64,000 bases of DNA from Dehalococcoidia bacterium (GTDB lineage Bacteria; Chloroflexota; Dehalococcoidia; Lucifugimonadales; UBA3495), in NCBI GenBank assembly GCA_965221295.1, contig OZ244879.1:1041603-1105602 (forward strand). Reading direction: 5' to 3'. Positions 18,244-27,913 of the stretch are shown here, piece after piece. Under the pieces are notes generated by a model that was not told the DNA's origin, ran no database searches, and saw only the letters and a program-made list of their open reading frames with translations. How positions within the stretch are numbered: position 1 is the first letter of the stretch; every line of letters begins with the position of its first letter. The translations under genes were made by a program, and so were the position numbers.

Positions 18244-19268
18244 CTACGACAGCATCAACCAACACCTTCGAGTACAGCCACACGGTGGGTTTTCTGGCCT
18301 ACCGGGGCCGAGGGTTCATCCACCCCGTAGCCCTTGCCCTGGGGGAGGGCGGCGTCATGTACGTGCTGAACCGGGGCGGGCCGGAGTCTGCGGGGCGCTT
18401 GGATCACAAGAGGGTGTGCGTGTGCACCGTTGACGAAGGATACATCGGCGAATGGGGAACCGGCGGCGTCGAGGATGGACAGTTTTGGTGGCCCAGTGGC
18501 ATCGCTCGGACTGAGGACGGTCAGATCTTCGTTACCGACGAGGCGCTGCAGCGCGTCAACGTATTTGATTCGGAAGGCAACTTCCAACGCAAATGGGGAG
18601 AAGCCGGCGACGCTCCGGGCCATTTCAACCGCCCGGCAGCCATAGCGACCGCGCCCGACGGTTCCCTTTTGGTCAGCGACGGACTGAACCATCGTATTCA
18701 ACGATTCACCACCGACGGGGATTATCTGGGCGGCTGGGGCGAGTTTGGCGCGCAGGCTGGACAATTCAACACGCCGTGGGGCGTGGCTTGCGACGCCGCG
18801 GGCAACGTCTGGGTCGCCGACTGGCGCAACGACCGGGTCCAGGCTTTTACCGCGGAAGGACGATTCGTGGGGCAGTGGGGAACGAGCGGCAACGGCAGCG
18901 GTCAACTGCATCGACCGGCGTCGGTGGCTGTGGACGCGGAAGGATACATCTACGTCGCTGATTGGGGCAACGAGCGGGCGGTGATATTTGGCCCCGATGG
19001 TGGGGTGGCCGCGATTCTCACTGGAGACGCTACCGTTTCGACTTGGGCCGCCGACTACCTGGCCGCCAACCCAGACGAATCCGCGGCCCGCGCCGCCGCC
19101 GACCTGTCGCCAACGGTGAACCCCTGGCGAGACCAACATCGGGAAGCATCCGCAGGAATCGAAGCGCGGTTCTGGGGGCCGACGTCAATCGCGGTGGATG
19201 ATGAAGGACGCATCTACGTGGTGGACTCTTGCCGCCACCGGGTGCAGGTGTATCAGAAGGCGGTTTGA
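18240..19268 (+). CDS. NHL-repeat six-bladed beta-propeller protein
   Basis: 342 aa. Repeated G(Q/H)FxxPxG(I/V)Axxxx G...V(A/T)Dxxnxr(V/I)Q(V/A/R)F units. Its ATG overlaps the DUF1800 stop (ATGA). Confidence 0.8.
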   Translation: MTTTASTNTFEYSHTVGFLAYRGRGFIHPVALALGEGGVMYVLNRGGPESAGRLDHKRVCVCTVDEGYIGEWGTGGVEDGQFWWPSGIARTEDGQIFVTDEALQRVNVFDSEGNFQRKWGEAGDAPGHFNRPAAIATAPDGSLLVSDGLNHRIQRFTTDGDYLGGWGEFGAQAGQFNTPWGVACDAAGNVWVADWRNDRVQAFTAEGRFVGQWGTSGNGSGQLHRPASVAVDAEGYIYVADWGNERAVIFGPDGGVAAILTGDATVSTWAADYLAANPDESAARAAADLSPTVNPWRDQHREASAGIEARFWGPTSIAVDDEGRIYVVDSCRHRVQVYQKAV

Positions 19269-19284
19269 CGGTGGTTGGCGCCGG

Positions 19285-20212
19285 ATCGGGATTGCCGCGT
19301 CGCTGTCGCCGCTCGCGGTGGCAGTTGGGGGCGTCTCGTGGTGACAAAAGGGGCGCGGGCGGCCGTTGGTTGTGGTCGACGAGATTGCCACGGCCTTCGG
19401 CCTCGCAATGACAGTCGAGGGGTCGCCTCGCAATGACCGTTGGGGGCGCCTGGCAATGACCGTTGGGGGCGCCTGGCAATGACCGTTGGGGGGCGCACGG
19501 CGGCGCCGGGAGGGGGCTGGCGTTGGGGCAGTGGTAGGCGCGGCGATGGATGTAGGTGGTGGCGCGTGGCGGTTGGTAGTGGTCGACGAGATTGCCACGG
19601 CCTTCGGCCTCGCAATGACAGTTGGGGGGCGCCTCGCAATGACCGTTGGGGGCGCCTGGCAATGACAGTTGGGGGGCGCACGGCGGCGCCGGGAGGGGGC
19701 TGGCGTTGGGGTAGCGTTAGGCGCGGCGATGGATGTAGGTGGTGGCGCGTGGCGGTTGGTAGTGGTCGACGAGATTGCCACGGCCTCCGGCCTCGCAATG
19801 ACAGTTGGGGAGGGGCCTCGCGGTGACAGTTCGGAGGGGCCTCGCGGTGACAGTTCGGAGGGGCCTCGCGGTGACAGTTCGGAGGGGCCTCGCGGTGACA
19901 GTTCGGAGGGGCCTCGCGGTGACAGTTCGGCAGGGCCTCGCGGTGACAGTTCGGAGGGGCCTCGCGGTGACAGTTCGGAGGGGCCTCGCGGTGACAGTTC
20001 GGAGGGGCCTCGCGGTGACAGTTCGGAGGGGCCTCGCGGTGACAGTTCGGAGGGGCCTCGCGGTGACAGTTCGGAGGGGCCTCGCGGTGACAGTTCGGAG
20101 GGGCCTCGCGGTGACAGTTCGGCAGGGCCTCGCGGTGACAGTTCGGCAGGGCCTCGCGGTGACAGTTCGGCAGGGCCTCGCAATGGCGGTTGGGGGCGCC
20201 TGGCAATGACAG
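19285..20212 (+). repeat. intergenic hairpin-repeat array 3 (type C and type A hairpins, a 183-bp duplication and a 24-bp microarray)
   Basis: Type-C-like GGGATTGCCGCGTCGCTGTCGCCGCTCGCGGTGGCAG at 19289. Type-A hairpins at 19381, 19588 and 19771 (the last two 183 bp apart inside a duplicated block). The array fills the convergent gap between the NHL gene stop (19268) and the CMD stop (20222). Confidence 0.95.
19812..20185 (+). repeat. 24-bp tandem repeat, about 15.5 near-identical copies
   Basis: Unit GGGGCCTCGCGGTGACAGTTCGGA. Two unit types (..TTCGGAGGGGCC.. and ..TTCGGCAGGGCC..) occur in the order 5,1,7,3. The unit is an amplified form of the 3'-arm submodule of the hairpin family. Confidence 0.95.
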
Positions 20213-20221
20213 ATGCGCCGG

Positions 20222-20788
20222 TTAGCCTGGTATCCGCTGCAGCAGAGGGTCTGTACGGTTGGGAGGCAGGTCGGTCTCGAAGGTGTTGATGACCATGGCG
20301 AGCATGGTGTAATTGCCGAGCACGAGGGTCAGTTCGATGGTTCCCTGCTGACCGAAAATCTCCAGGGCGCTCTGGTAACCGCCGCGGCTCACCTGGTGGT
20401 TCCGCAGGATTTCGCGTCCGAGATTGATGACGGCGGATTCATCGGGCGCCAGATTGGGCAGCGGTTTGCCATCGCGCAACGCGTCGACCACGGAGGCGGG
20501 GACGCCGGCGTCACGGGCCGATGCGGCGTGAGCGTTCCAGATGTGCTGGCAATCCATTTCGCGGGCGGCTACCAGCATCGCCAATTCCGCGGCCTTCATG
20601 GGCAGGCTGGATTGGTTGCGGAGATACTGGTTCAAGGCCGTGGCGTGTTTGCTGGCCTCTGGGACGTGGGTCAACACCGACCCTGGACCATAGGGAGGCA
20701 CCGCTGCGCCATTCTGTGTAATCTCGTCGAAGGCGGCCTCTTGCCCTGCCGGGGTGGTTGCACGGGATGCTAGCGGTAGTCGCGCCAT
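20222..20788 (-). CDS. carboxymuconolactone decarboxylase (AhpD-like) family protein
   Basis: Track ORF runs to 20821. ATG 20788 (MARLPLASR...) has a GGAGA site. ELAMLVAAREMDCQHIWNAHAASARDAG. Paralog of 10215..10775. Confidence 0.8.
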   Translation of the reverse strand: MARLPLASRATTPAGQEAAFDEITQNGAAVPPYGPGSVLTHVPEASKHATALNQYLRNQSSLPMKAAELAMLVAAREMDCQHIWNAHAASARDAGVPASVVDALRDGKPLPNLAPDESAVINLGREILRNHQVSRGGYQSALEIFGQQGTIELTLVLGNYTMLAMVINTFETDLPPNRTDPLLQRIPG

Positions 20789-20966
20789 GTTGATTCTCCG
20801 ATGGGTGGGTCGATGGCGCAAGGAGTTGCGCCCGGTTGCCGGTTGTGTTTGGGTGGCGGTTGCGAAAGGATCGGAGCTACGCTAATACCATATCGGCCGG
20901 CGTTGGACAGGCTGAGGCGGCGTCGCCATCCACCGGCCACAAGGTGGGAGCGGTTGCTACGACCGG

Positions 20967-21716
20967 TTAGCGATACGGTTGCTTGCCGGTTTTTTCCTCG
21001 AACAGCTTCCAGGTGTTGTCGTTGAAGGGGTAGTATTTGCCGGGGGAGCATTGCTCGATTTCGAGTTGGGCCTTGATAACGCCCTCGACCTCTTCCCGCT
21101 GGTGGGCGATGTTGATGACTTCCTGGGCGGCGCTGGCGGGAACGACCACCACGCCATCGTCATCGCCCACGATGGCGTCGCCGGGACGCACCAAAACGCC
21201 GCCGCATTGAATACAGTCGTTGACTTGCCAGGGCCAGAATTCGGCGGGGCCCTGCTTGGCGGTGGCGTTGGCGGCGTACACCGGGAACCCGTATTCCTTG
21301 AGCGTGTTGGTGTCCCGCACCGCGCCATCGGTAACCAGGCCACCGACGCCGCGTTGGTAGAGGCGGAAAAACTTGATGTCGCCCCCGATGCTGCTGAACG
21401 GCCAACGCATGGCGTCGATCACCAGAACCTCGCCCGGGCCGCACAACTCGAACGCCACGTATTCCGCCGACGCTTCGGCCTTGGGTTTGTCGGCGGCAAG
21501 GTCGGGCCGGTGTGGAACGAACCGCAGCGTAACGGCGCGACCGGCCATGCTCTGGCCCGGCTGGAGTGGTTTGGCTCCTTCGATCATGCTCATTGGCCAA
21601 CCCATAACCCACAGTCCGTCAATCAACGTTTGGGTGGGGATGGACTTGAGGGTCGCCAGGGTTTCGTCGGTGACGAACGGGCTGGATTCAGACTGATTGG
21701 ATCGGGAGGTGGACAT
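20967..21716 (-). CDS. RraA-family protein (RraA / 4-hydroxy-4-methyl-2-oxoglutarate aldolase-like)
   Basis: Track ORF to 21965 would overlap proX. ATG 21716 gives MSTSRSNQ... RraA-like GGDIKFFRLYQRGVGGLVTDGAVRD and VRPGDAIVGDDDGVVVVP. Confidence 0.75.
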   Translation of the reverse strand: MSTSRSNQSESSPFVTDETLATLKSIPTQTLIDGLWVMGWPMSMIEGAKPLQPGQSMAGRAVTLRFVPHRPDLAADKPKAEASAEYVAFELCGPGEVLVIDAMRWPFSSIGGDIKFFRLYQRGVGGLVTDGAVRDTNTLKEYGFPVYAANATAKQGPAEFWPWQVNDCIQCGGVLVRPGDAIVGDDDGVVVVPASAAQEVINIAHQREEVEGVIKAQLEIEQCSPGKYYPFNDNTWKLFEEKTGKQPYR

Positions 21717-21786
21717 TGGGGGAAGGGTCCTTTGGAGGAAGGTTCCATATGGGTCGCGATAGCCGTTGAGGCGTCCGCATTGTAGC

Positions 21787-21820
21787 AGAAAAGGAGGCGC
21801 CCCCCGGAAGGAGGGCGCCT
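21787..21820 (-). terminator. putative intrinsic terminator downstream of proX
   Basis: 8-bp GC stem AGGCGCCC (21795-21802) / GGGCGCCT (21813-21820) with a 10-nt loop. On the minus strand it is followed by CCTTTTCTGC. It lies about 30 nt after the proX stop. Confidence 0.5.
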
Positions 21821-21847
21821 GTGGCAAAGCCGAAAAGGCTCGATGGG

Positions 21848-23053
21848 TTACCCGGTGGGCCAACCTTCCGCTTCTTCGCCGGCGGTGAGGGCGGCCTGGA
21901 TGCTGGCGGCAGCATCGGAGGTTACCCAGGCGCTCCAGACATCGGCGTTGTTGTTGAGCCACCACATGGCGGTGGCGTTGACGTCGGCGTCAGGATTGTC
22001 GCCCTGCCATCGCACCACGGACTTGTAGATGTTGATGTTGAAGTCCCAGTTGCGCAGCATTTCGACAACGTCGGGGGCGCGACCGGGCAGGTCGGGGTTG
22101 ACGGCGATGAGAATGGTGGCGTCCTCGTAGGCGCAGGCCTTGGTGGTAAACCAGCACTGGTCGCTGTAGGCCGGTTCCTCCAGGCGCACCAGGTCCAACT
22201 TGAGAGCGGGGTCGTTGGTTCCCCACTGGTAGCCTAGCCATGGCTCGCCGCGTTCGTAGGCGCCGTACAGGTCGGCGTTGAGGGCGGCGCCGTCGCCGGG
22301 GTTGATGATTTCCACGTGGTCGGAGAGGCCGTAACCTTCGACCTGGGCGGCGTTCACGGTTTCACAGGCCCAGCCGATGATGCAGGACACCAGGCGAGCC
22401 TTGTCGCCGGTTTCGGCGGTGGTGAAGAGGTCCTTGTACTGCTGATCTTTCAGGTCCTCAACACTGTCGAGGTCTGGATACTCCTCTTGAAGGTAGGCTG
22501 GGATCACGAAAGCGGACTGCCAATCCTTGCCGAGGCTCTGGCCGACGGAGAGGACGGCGCCCTCTTCGCGAGCGGCGTTCCAAGCTTCATCCTGGTTTGG
22601 AAGCCAGATTTCCATGGTGACGTGGGTATCGCCATTCTGCAGGCCCTGGAACAGGGGCAGCGTGGCGCCGAACTTGACCTCGGTGGGGTATCCGTACCCC
22701 TTCTCCACGATGTATTGAGCGATGCGGTTCTGGAGCAACGCGCTGGACCAGTTGAGGTCGCCGAAGATGATGGCGTCTTTCGGTCCTTCGGGGGCCATCA
22801 CTTCGACTTCGCGGATGACCTCGACCTCTTTGACGACTTCTTTTTCGACTTCGACTTCCTTGACGACCTCAACTTCCTTGACGACCTCGACCGGCTTTTC
22901 AACCTCGACGACTCTTTCCACCTCAACCTGCTCGGTCACGACGCGGGTGACTTCGACGGTTTGCGGCGCCGCTGGCGAACATGCGACGACGGCAACCGCC
23001 GTCAGGATCGCCATTACCATGGTCAGGGCCAGTAGTCTGTGTTTCTTGAACAA
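21848..23053 (-). CDS. proX: glycine betaine/proline-betaine ABC transporter substrate-binding lipoprotein
   Basis: TTG 23053 with GGAGG 8 nt upstream gives MFKKHRLLALTMVMAILTAVAVVAC, a lipoprotein-type signal (track start 23077). OpuAC/ProX-like domain (GDLNWSSALLQNRIAQYIVEKGYGYP, IWLPNQDEAW). A V/E/K-rich linker follows the signal. Confidence 0.8.
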   Translation of the reverse strand: MFKKHRLLALTMVMAILTAVAVVACSPAAPQTVEVTRVVTEQVEVERVVEVEKPVEVVKEVEVVKEVEVEKEVVKEVEVIREVEVMAPEGPKDAIIFGDLNWSSALLQNRIAQYIVEKGYGYPTEVKFGATLPLFQGLQNGDTHVTMEIWLPNQDEAWNAAREEGAVLSVGQSLGKDWQSAFVIPAYLQEEYPDLDSVEDLKDQQYKDLFTTAETGDKARLVSCIIGWACETVNAAQVEGYGLSDHVEIINPGDGAALNADLYGAYERGEPWLGYQWGTNDPALKLDLVRLEEPAYSDQCWFTTKACAYEDATILIAVNPDLPGRAPDVVEMLRNWDFNINIYKSVVRWQGDNPDADVNATAMWWLNNNADVWSAWVTSDAAASIQAALTAGEEAEGWPTG

Positions 23054-23116
23054 AACGATTTCCTCCATCTGGGTCAAATTGCCGGGGGTCCCGGTGCAGC
23101 ATCTGGATGGTTGAAC

Positions 23117-23145
23117 ATTATCAACTCTGTGATAATCGTTGTCAA
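23117..23145 (-). promoter_or_regulatory. near-consensus sigma70 promoter in front of proX
   Basis: Minus strand TTGACA (plus 23140-23145) - 17 nt - GATAAT (plus 23117-23122). It lies in an AT-rich island between proW and proX. Confidence 0.6.
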
Positions 23146-23282
23146 ATTGAGCGTTTCGGCAAGAAATACATTACATAAGGGATGTATTTCGTACCGGGTC
23201 GCCTTTGGTCGACCGTACTTGGCGCGGAATTGCCTAGCGAGGTTCGAGCGGAACGCTGGATTCGAGAGCTGCCCAAGTCGGG

Positions 23283-24371
23283 TCAGTTGCCGGCGCTAAG
23301 CGCTTCCTGGCGACCGCGAGCCACCGCCTGGGTGAGCCGGTCGATGACAATCGCCATGAACACGATGGCCAAACCGGCGATGACGCCGTTGCCGACCTCG
23401 TTCTTTTGGATCGCCCGGAGCACGTTGTCGCCGAGCCCTCCGGCGGCGACCATGCTGGCGATGGTCACCATTGCCAGGGCCATCATGGTGGTTTGGTTGA
23501 TGCCGGCCATGATGGTGGGCAGCGCCATGGGGATTTGAACTTTGGCCAGCAATTGCAGCGGCGAGGCGCCGAAGGATCGGGCGGCTTCGACGGTTTCCGG
23601 GGACACCTGTCGGATGCCCAGATTGGTCAGGCGGATGACCGGCGGAACGGCGTAGATGATGGTGGCGAAGATGCCGGCCGGTTTGCCGAGTCCGAAGAAC
23701 AGGATGCCCGGAATCAGGTACACGAAGCTGGGCATGGTCTGCATTCCGTCCAAGATGGGTTTCATGATGTTGTCTGCGGTGTGGTTGCGCGCGCCCAACA
23801 CGCCCAACGGCAAGCCAATGCCAACCGACAACGCGACTGCCACCACCATCAGGGCAATGGTATCGACGGTAGGCTCCCACAATCCCATGAAACCGATGAA
23901 GAGGAAGGCGAAGCCGGTGAAAGCCATCAGGGGCCACCGTCCCACGGCGAAAGCCGCCAGCGCCAGGGCCAAAACCACCGCGGGCCAGGGCAGCCACTTC
24001 AGCCCGTCCTCGATGTAGTTCAGCGCGTAGGTGATGCCGTCCTTGATGCCCTGGAATAGCCACCGCCCGTTGTTGGTCAGCCACCTGGTGGCCGTGTCGA
24101 TGGCGCTGCCGGTTACGTCGCGCAGCGATTTAGGAAAGCTGGTTGACCCGTCGCTGGAAGGGACGTGGGCAACGGTGGTGGGGTAATCCATGTTGGGTCC
24201 CCAGACCAGCAGGCTGATCACCAATACGATGAGAACCGCGGCCACTCCGGCAGCCCACCAATAGAGCGTCGGGAGGCTGGCCAGGAAGGCGCGAACGGTT
24301 TGCCCATTGCTTCTGGGCTCTACCGACGGGGTCAAGCTGGCGTCGGCTCGTTCTCCGGTGATTGCTGCCAT
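23283..24371 (-). CDS. proW: glycine betaine/proline ABC transporter permease
   Basis: 362 aa, multi-TM. ABC permease segment SFGASPLQLLAKVQIPMALPTIMAGINQT. AAGGAG before the ATG. Confidence 0.85.
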   Translation of the reverse strand: MAAITGERADASLTPSVEPRSNGQTVRAFLASLPTLYWWAAGVAAVLIVLVISLLVWGPNMDYPTTVAHVPSSDGSTSFPKSLRDVTGSAIDTATRWLTNNGRWLFQGIKDGITYALNYIEDGLKWLPWPAVVLALALAAFAVGRWPLMAFTGFAFLFIGFMGLWEPTVDTIALMVVAVALSVGIGLPLGVLGARNHTADNIMKPILDGMQTMPSFVYLIPGILFFGLGKPAGIFATIIYAVPPVIRLTNLGIRQVSPETVEAARSFGASPLQLLAKVQIPMALPTIMAGINQTTMMALAMVTIASMVAAGGLGDNVLRAIQKNEVGNGVIAGLAIVFMAIVIDRLTQAVARGRQEALSAGN

Positions 24372-24477
24372 AAGTGTCTCCTTGGGGTGGAGTCCAGACT
24401 ACAGAGGGCCCAAAAAGCTGGGCAGACGGGCTGGCGCCAACGGCCGGCTGTAAACTGCCTCGCTTTCGGCCGGGGCG

Positions 24478-25782
24478 TTATTCCCCGGCCAGCGCGGCGT
24501 TCTCGGCGGCGTTGGCTTCGTAGTCGGTGTTGGGAGAGGAGGTTTCGGCGATGGCCTCGGCTAGGGCGCTGCGATGGACTTCGCCGACCAGCACGTTAGT
24601 CTCGTCGCAGCAAGGTATGGGGAAATCGCTGCCCATGGCCATGGGGATCAGTTCGTCGAAGGTGGTGTTCGGCGAGACCGCGGGATATTCGCGGTCAACG
24701 TACTCCCAAGCCTCGTCGATTCGCCTGACCCCGGCGCGGAGCGCCCGTTCGGCGTTGGTGATGGAGAGCATACCGATGTAGCGCTCCTGCATGTCTACGA
24801 CCCAAGCGGCGTCGCCGTCGCTGCTGCCGATGGTATGTAGGGCGGCCCGTGGACCTTGGCGCCCCATGATGGTTGCCTTGGGGGGAGCCATCACCTTGCT
24901 GGCGGTGAGCACGCTTTCCAAGCGCACGTCTTGGGTGAAGTCGCCCACGTATTCGTCCTCTGGCCGGAGCACGATGTCTTCTGGAGAACCGATTTGGGCC
25001 ACCTGAGCATCGTGCATGATGGCGATGCGGTCGCCGAGCTTCAGCGCTTCATTGAGGTCGTGGGTGATGAAAACGATGGTTTTTTGCAGTTCGGTTTGGA
25101 GCCTCAGCAATTCATCCTGCATCTGCCGTCGGATCAACGGGTCCAGTCCGCTGAAGGGTTCGTCCATGAGCAGGATGTCGGTATCCACGGCCAGGGCGCG
25201 GGCTAGGCCGACACGCTGCTGCATGCCGCCGGAAAGCTGGCGGGGGTACGCATCCTCCCAGCCGGCGAGGCCCACCAAATCCAGCACGTCTTTGGTTCGA
25301 GCGAACCGCTCCGACTTTCCGACGCCCTGGACTTCCAAGCCCCAGCTGGCGTTCTCCAACACGGTACGGTGTGGTTGCAGACCGTAGTGCTGGAAGACCA
25401 TGGCGATCTTTTCCCGGCGAAATTCCATCAGCTCCCGGTCGGACATGTCGGTAACGCGATGGCCGTCAATGACGATGTCGCCGGCGGTGGGTTCGATGAG
25501 GCGGATCAGGCACCTGACCATGGTGGACTTGCCGCTCCCGGAAAGCCCCATAATGACGAAAGTTTCGCCACGGTTCACCGTGAACGAAACATCCTGAAGC
25601 CCGACCACGTTGCCGAATTCGTTCTGGAAGAAGGACTTGTGCTCTCCGGCGTACTGCGGATCCAAGACGCGCTCCGGGTTTTTGCCGAACACCTTCCAGA
25701 CGGAATTCACCTGGATGAAGGGTGGACCGTCGGCGGCGTCGGCGAAGGATGGGGCGCTCGTCATGGTTTGGTCGGATGCCAT
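24478..25782 (-). CDS. proV: glycine betaine/L-proline ABC transporter ATP-binding protein with C-terminal CBS-like region
   Basis: 434 aa. Walker [10 protein letters not shown], signature LSGGMQQRV, Walker [10 protein letters not shown]. About 150-aa regulatory tail as in ProV/OpuAA. Confidence 0.85.
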   Translation of the reverse strand: MASDQTMTSAPSFADAADGPPFIQVNSVWKVFGKNPERVLDPQYAGEHKSFFQNEFGNVVGLQDVSFTVNRGETFVIMGLSGSGKSTMVRCLIRLIEPTAGDIVIDGHRVTDMSDRELMEFRREKIAMVFQHYGLQPHRTVLENASWGLEVQGVGKSERFARTKDVLDLVGLAGWEDAYPRQLSGGMQQRVGLARALAVDTDILLMDEPFSGLDPLIRRQMQDELLRLQTELQKTIVFITHDLNEALKLGDRIAIMHDAQVAQIGSPEDIVLRPEDEYVGDFTQDVRLESVLTASKVMAPPKATIMGRQGPRAALHTIGSSDGDAAWVVDMQERYIGMLSITNAERALRAGVRRIDEAWEYVDREYPAVSPNTTFDELIPMAMGSDFPIPCCDETNVLVGEVHRSALAEAIAETSSPNTDYEANAAENAALAGE

Positions 25783-25984
25783 ATTATCGTTCCGCGGCGT
25801 GTTTGGCCGGCGTCAAAAATCAGTCCCTGCAATACCAACGTAGGCCAGGCGACGAGGGTTTGTCAACCCCGGCGGCGTATGGGGGAAGCCGGCCCGGAGA
25901 GGCTTGCAACTCCGGTGGGAAACGCATGGGCATTTTTCGGCGGGAGAAGCATGGGCATTCGCCGGGTCAGCAAAAAGCGGCACG

Positions 25985-27580
25985 CTACGCCTCGTAAACA
26001 GTCTTGCCGCCCAGTATGGTGCGCTCCACCGGGATGTCCTTGATGGAGAAGGGGTCGATGGCGGTGGGATCCTGGCTCAGGGCCACCAGATCGGCCAGTT
26101 TGCCCACTTGGATACTGCCCTTCAGGTTCTCCTCGAAACCCGCGTAAGCGCCGTTCAGGGTGTAGATGCGTAGGGCGTCCTCGACTGATATGCGCTGATT
26201 CACGCCCCACTCTCGGCCTTCGCTGTCGGTGCGGGTGACGCAGCTCTGGATGCCCATGAGCGGCTCAAACGGGCCTGGGGGATAATCCGTGGCGCCGGTT
26301 GAGACCACGCCGTAGTCCATGAAGGACCGTTGGGCGAACATCCACTGTAGGCGATCTTCGCCGTAGAACCGCATCTTCTCGCCGTGGTAGTAAACGTAGG
26401 TGCAGAAGGGCGTGGCCACGGTTCCGAGGCGGTTCATGCGGGTAAGCAGATCGGGGTTGACCAGAGTGCAATGTTCCACCCGATGCCGGGGGTCCGGACG
26501 TGGGTCAGCCTGCTGGGCGGCGGCGTAGGCGTTGAGAACCAGGTCGATGGTGGAATCGCCGTTGGCATGGATGCAAACCTGGAACCCGGAGGCGTGCATT
26601 TCCATGACGTTTTCCATGATCTCGTCGGCCGTCATGGTGAGGATTCCGTGGTCGCAGCAGCTGTCGACGTAAGGTTCGGACAGGTAGGCGGTGCGCGAGG
26701 CGATGGCGCCATCGGCAACCATCTTGATCCCACCGATGCGCAGACGGTCGTCGCCCATGCCGGCGCGAATCCCGGCGTCCCGCAACGCTGGGAAATAGCG
26801 ATGCCACATCAAGGCGTAAACCCGCAGGCTGAGGTCGCCGGCGTCCCGTCCCTCCTGGTAGGTGACCAATTCGTAGTCGGTTACCCGGGCGTCGTGGACG
26901 CTGGTGAGGCCGGCGCGGTTCAGCATATCGCAGATGACGCGCAGACCCTGGCGGCGAGTTTCAGCCGATTCGACGGGCAGCTGATTTTCACGTAGGTCAT
27001 CGGCGGCGCGTTCGTAGATCACGCCGTCGAGCCGGCCGGTATCGGGATTGCGACCCAGGCGACCGCCGGGCGGGTCGGGAGATTCGTCGTTGTAGCCGGC
27101 GCGTTCCAAGGCGAGCGTGTTGCCGAAGTACACGTGGCCGGCGCGGTGGGCGACCAGGATGGGATGATCGAGGCTAACGGCGTCGAGGTCCTCCCGGCGC
27201 AGGAATCGGTTCTCCGCGGTCTTGGTGTCGTCGAACTTGAAACCCTGAACCCACTGGCCGGCGGGAGTGGTCGCGAGGCGTTCGCGAAGCGCCGCCTGAA
27301 TGTCACCGATGGTTGGTAGTGAACAATCCGCGGCCATGACGTGTCGCGTGCCGCTGCTGAGCACGTGGATATGCGCGTCGATGAATCCGGGCAACACGGT
27401 CTTGCCAGCGAGGTCAAGGATTTTGGTGTTGGGGCCGATGAGCGTTTCGACATCGGAATCGCTGCCCACCCCGATGAATCTGCCGTCGCGCATGGCGATG
27501 GCGCTGGCCCGCGGCAGCGACGGATCCATGGTGATGACGTTGGCGCGGCGGATAACGGTGTCGGCGTGGTAGGCGGCCAT
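25985..27580 (-). CDS. amidohydrolase family (Amidohydro_3-like) metal-dependent hydrolase
   Basis: 531 aa. VLPGFIDAHIHV (HxH metal site) and C-terminal GSIQVGKLADLVAL, typical of this family. AGGAG before the ATG. Confidence 0.8.
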   Translation of the reverse strand: MAAYHADTVIRRANVITMDPSLPRASAIAMRDGRFIGVGSDSDVETLIGPNTKILDLAGKTVLPGFIDAHIHVLSSGTRHVMAADCSLPTIGDIQAALRERLATTPAGQWVQGFKFDDTKTAENRFLRREDLDAVSLDHPILVAHRAGHVYFGNTLALERAGYNDESPDPPGGRLGRNPDTGRLDGVIYERAADDLRENQLPVESAETRRQGLRVICDMLNRAGLTSVHDARVTDYELVTYQEGRDAGDLSLRVYALMWHRYFPALRDAGIRAGMGDDRLRIGGIKMVADGAIASRTAYLSEPYVDSCCDHGILTMTADEIMENVMEMHASGFQVCIHANGDSTIDLVLNAYAAAQQADPRPDPRHRVEHCTLVNPDLLTRMNRLGTVATPFCTYVYYHGEKMRFYGEDRLQWMFAQRSFMDYGVVSTGATDYPPGPFEPLMGIQSCVTRTDSEGREWGVNQRISVEDALRIYTLNGAYAGFEENLKGSIQVGKLADLVALSQDPTAIDPFSIKDIPVERTILGGKTVYEA

Positions 27581-27913
27581 TTTAGAACTCCTGCGATCAG
27601 ACGTTGGACCGTGTCGTGGTGTGGAAGCTGGGGAGGGACGGAGCGCCGCTCAGCCCGGCTCGAGCCGGCGAGGGTTCGTCGGAGGCGAGGTTGAGGGAAA
27701 GCAGCCGTCCCATGGAGCGATTGCGGGCGCATAGGGCGGGTTGGTTCCGTGAGGCGCCATCCGGCGAACGATCTTGGAACGGGCGGCGCGCCCTGGGAAC
27801 GGCCGCCGCCGCTTGGGGATAGGTAGGCGCCCTGGAAACGGCCGGCGTTCCAACGTCAGCGGGGTTGGACGTAGCGCCATCGCGGTTGACGGAGGGAGCG
27901 GTGGAGGGCGTCG

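Noticed and set aside
19669-20289. Protein with EGPRGDSS x15 (RGD) repeats, and the 317-332 aa minus-strand ORFs over the same DNA
   Set aside because: The 24-bp unit lacks stops in at least four frames, so ORFs appear on both strands at once. There is no RBS. The plus ORF runs into the convergent CMD gene. The unit is a variant of the non-coding hairpin submodule.
27581-27913. Coding or structured-RNA element in the 333-bp gap between the amidohydrolase and SDR genes
   Set aside because: The track ORFs here are overlapping Arg/Pro-rich frames. I saw only a loose direct repeat (GCGCCCTGGRAACGGCCG at about 27787 and 27828) and short inverted ACGTTGGAC motifs, which is not enough to support a call.
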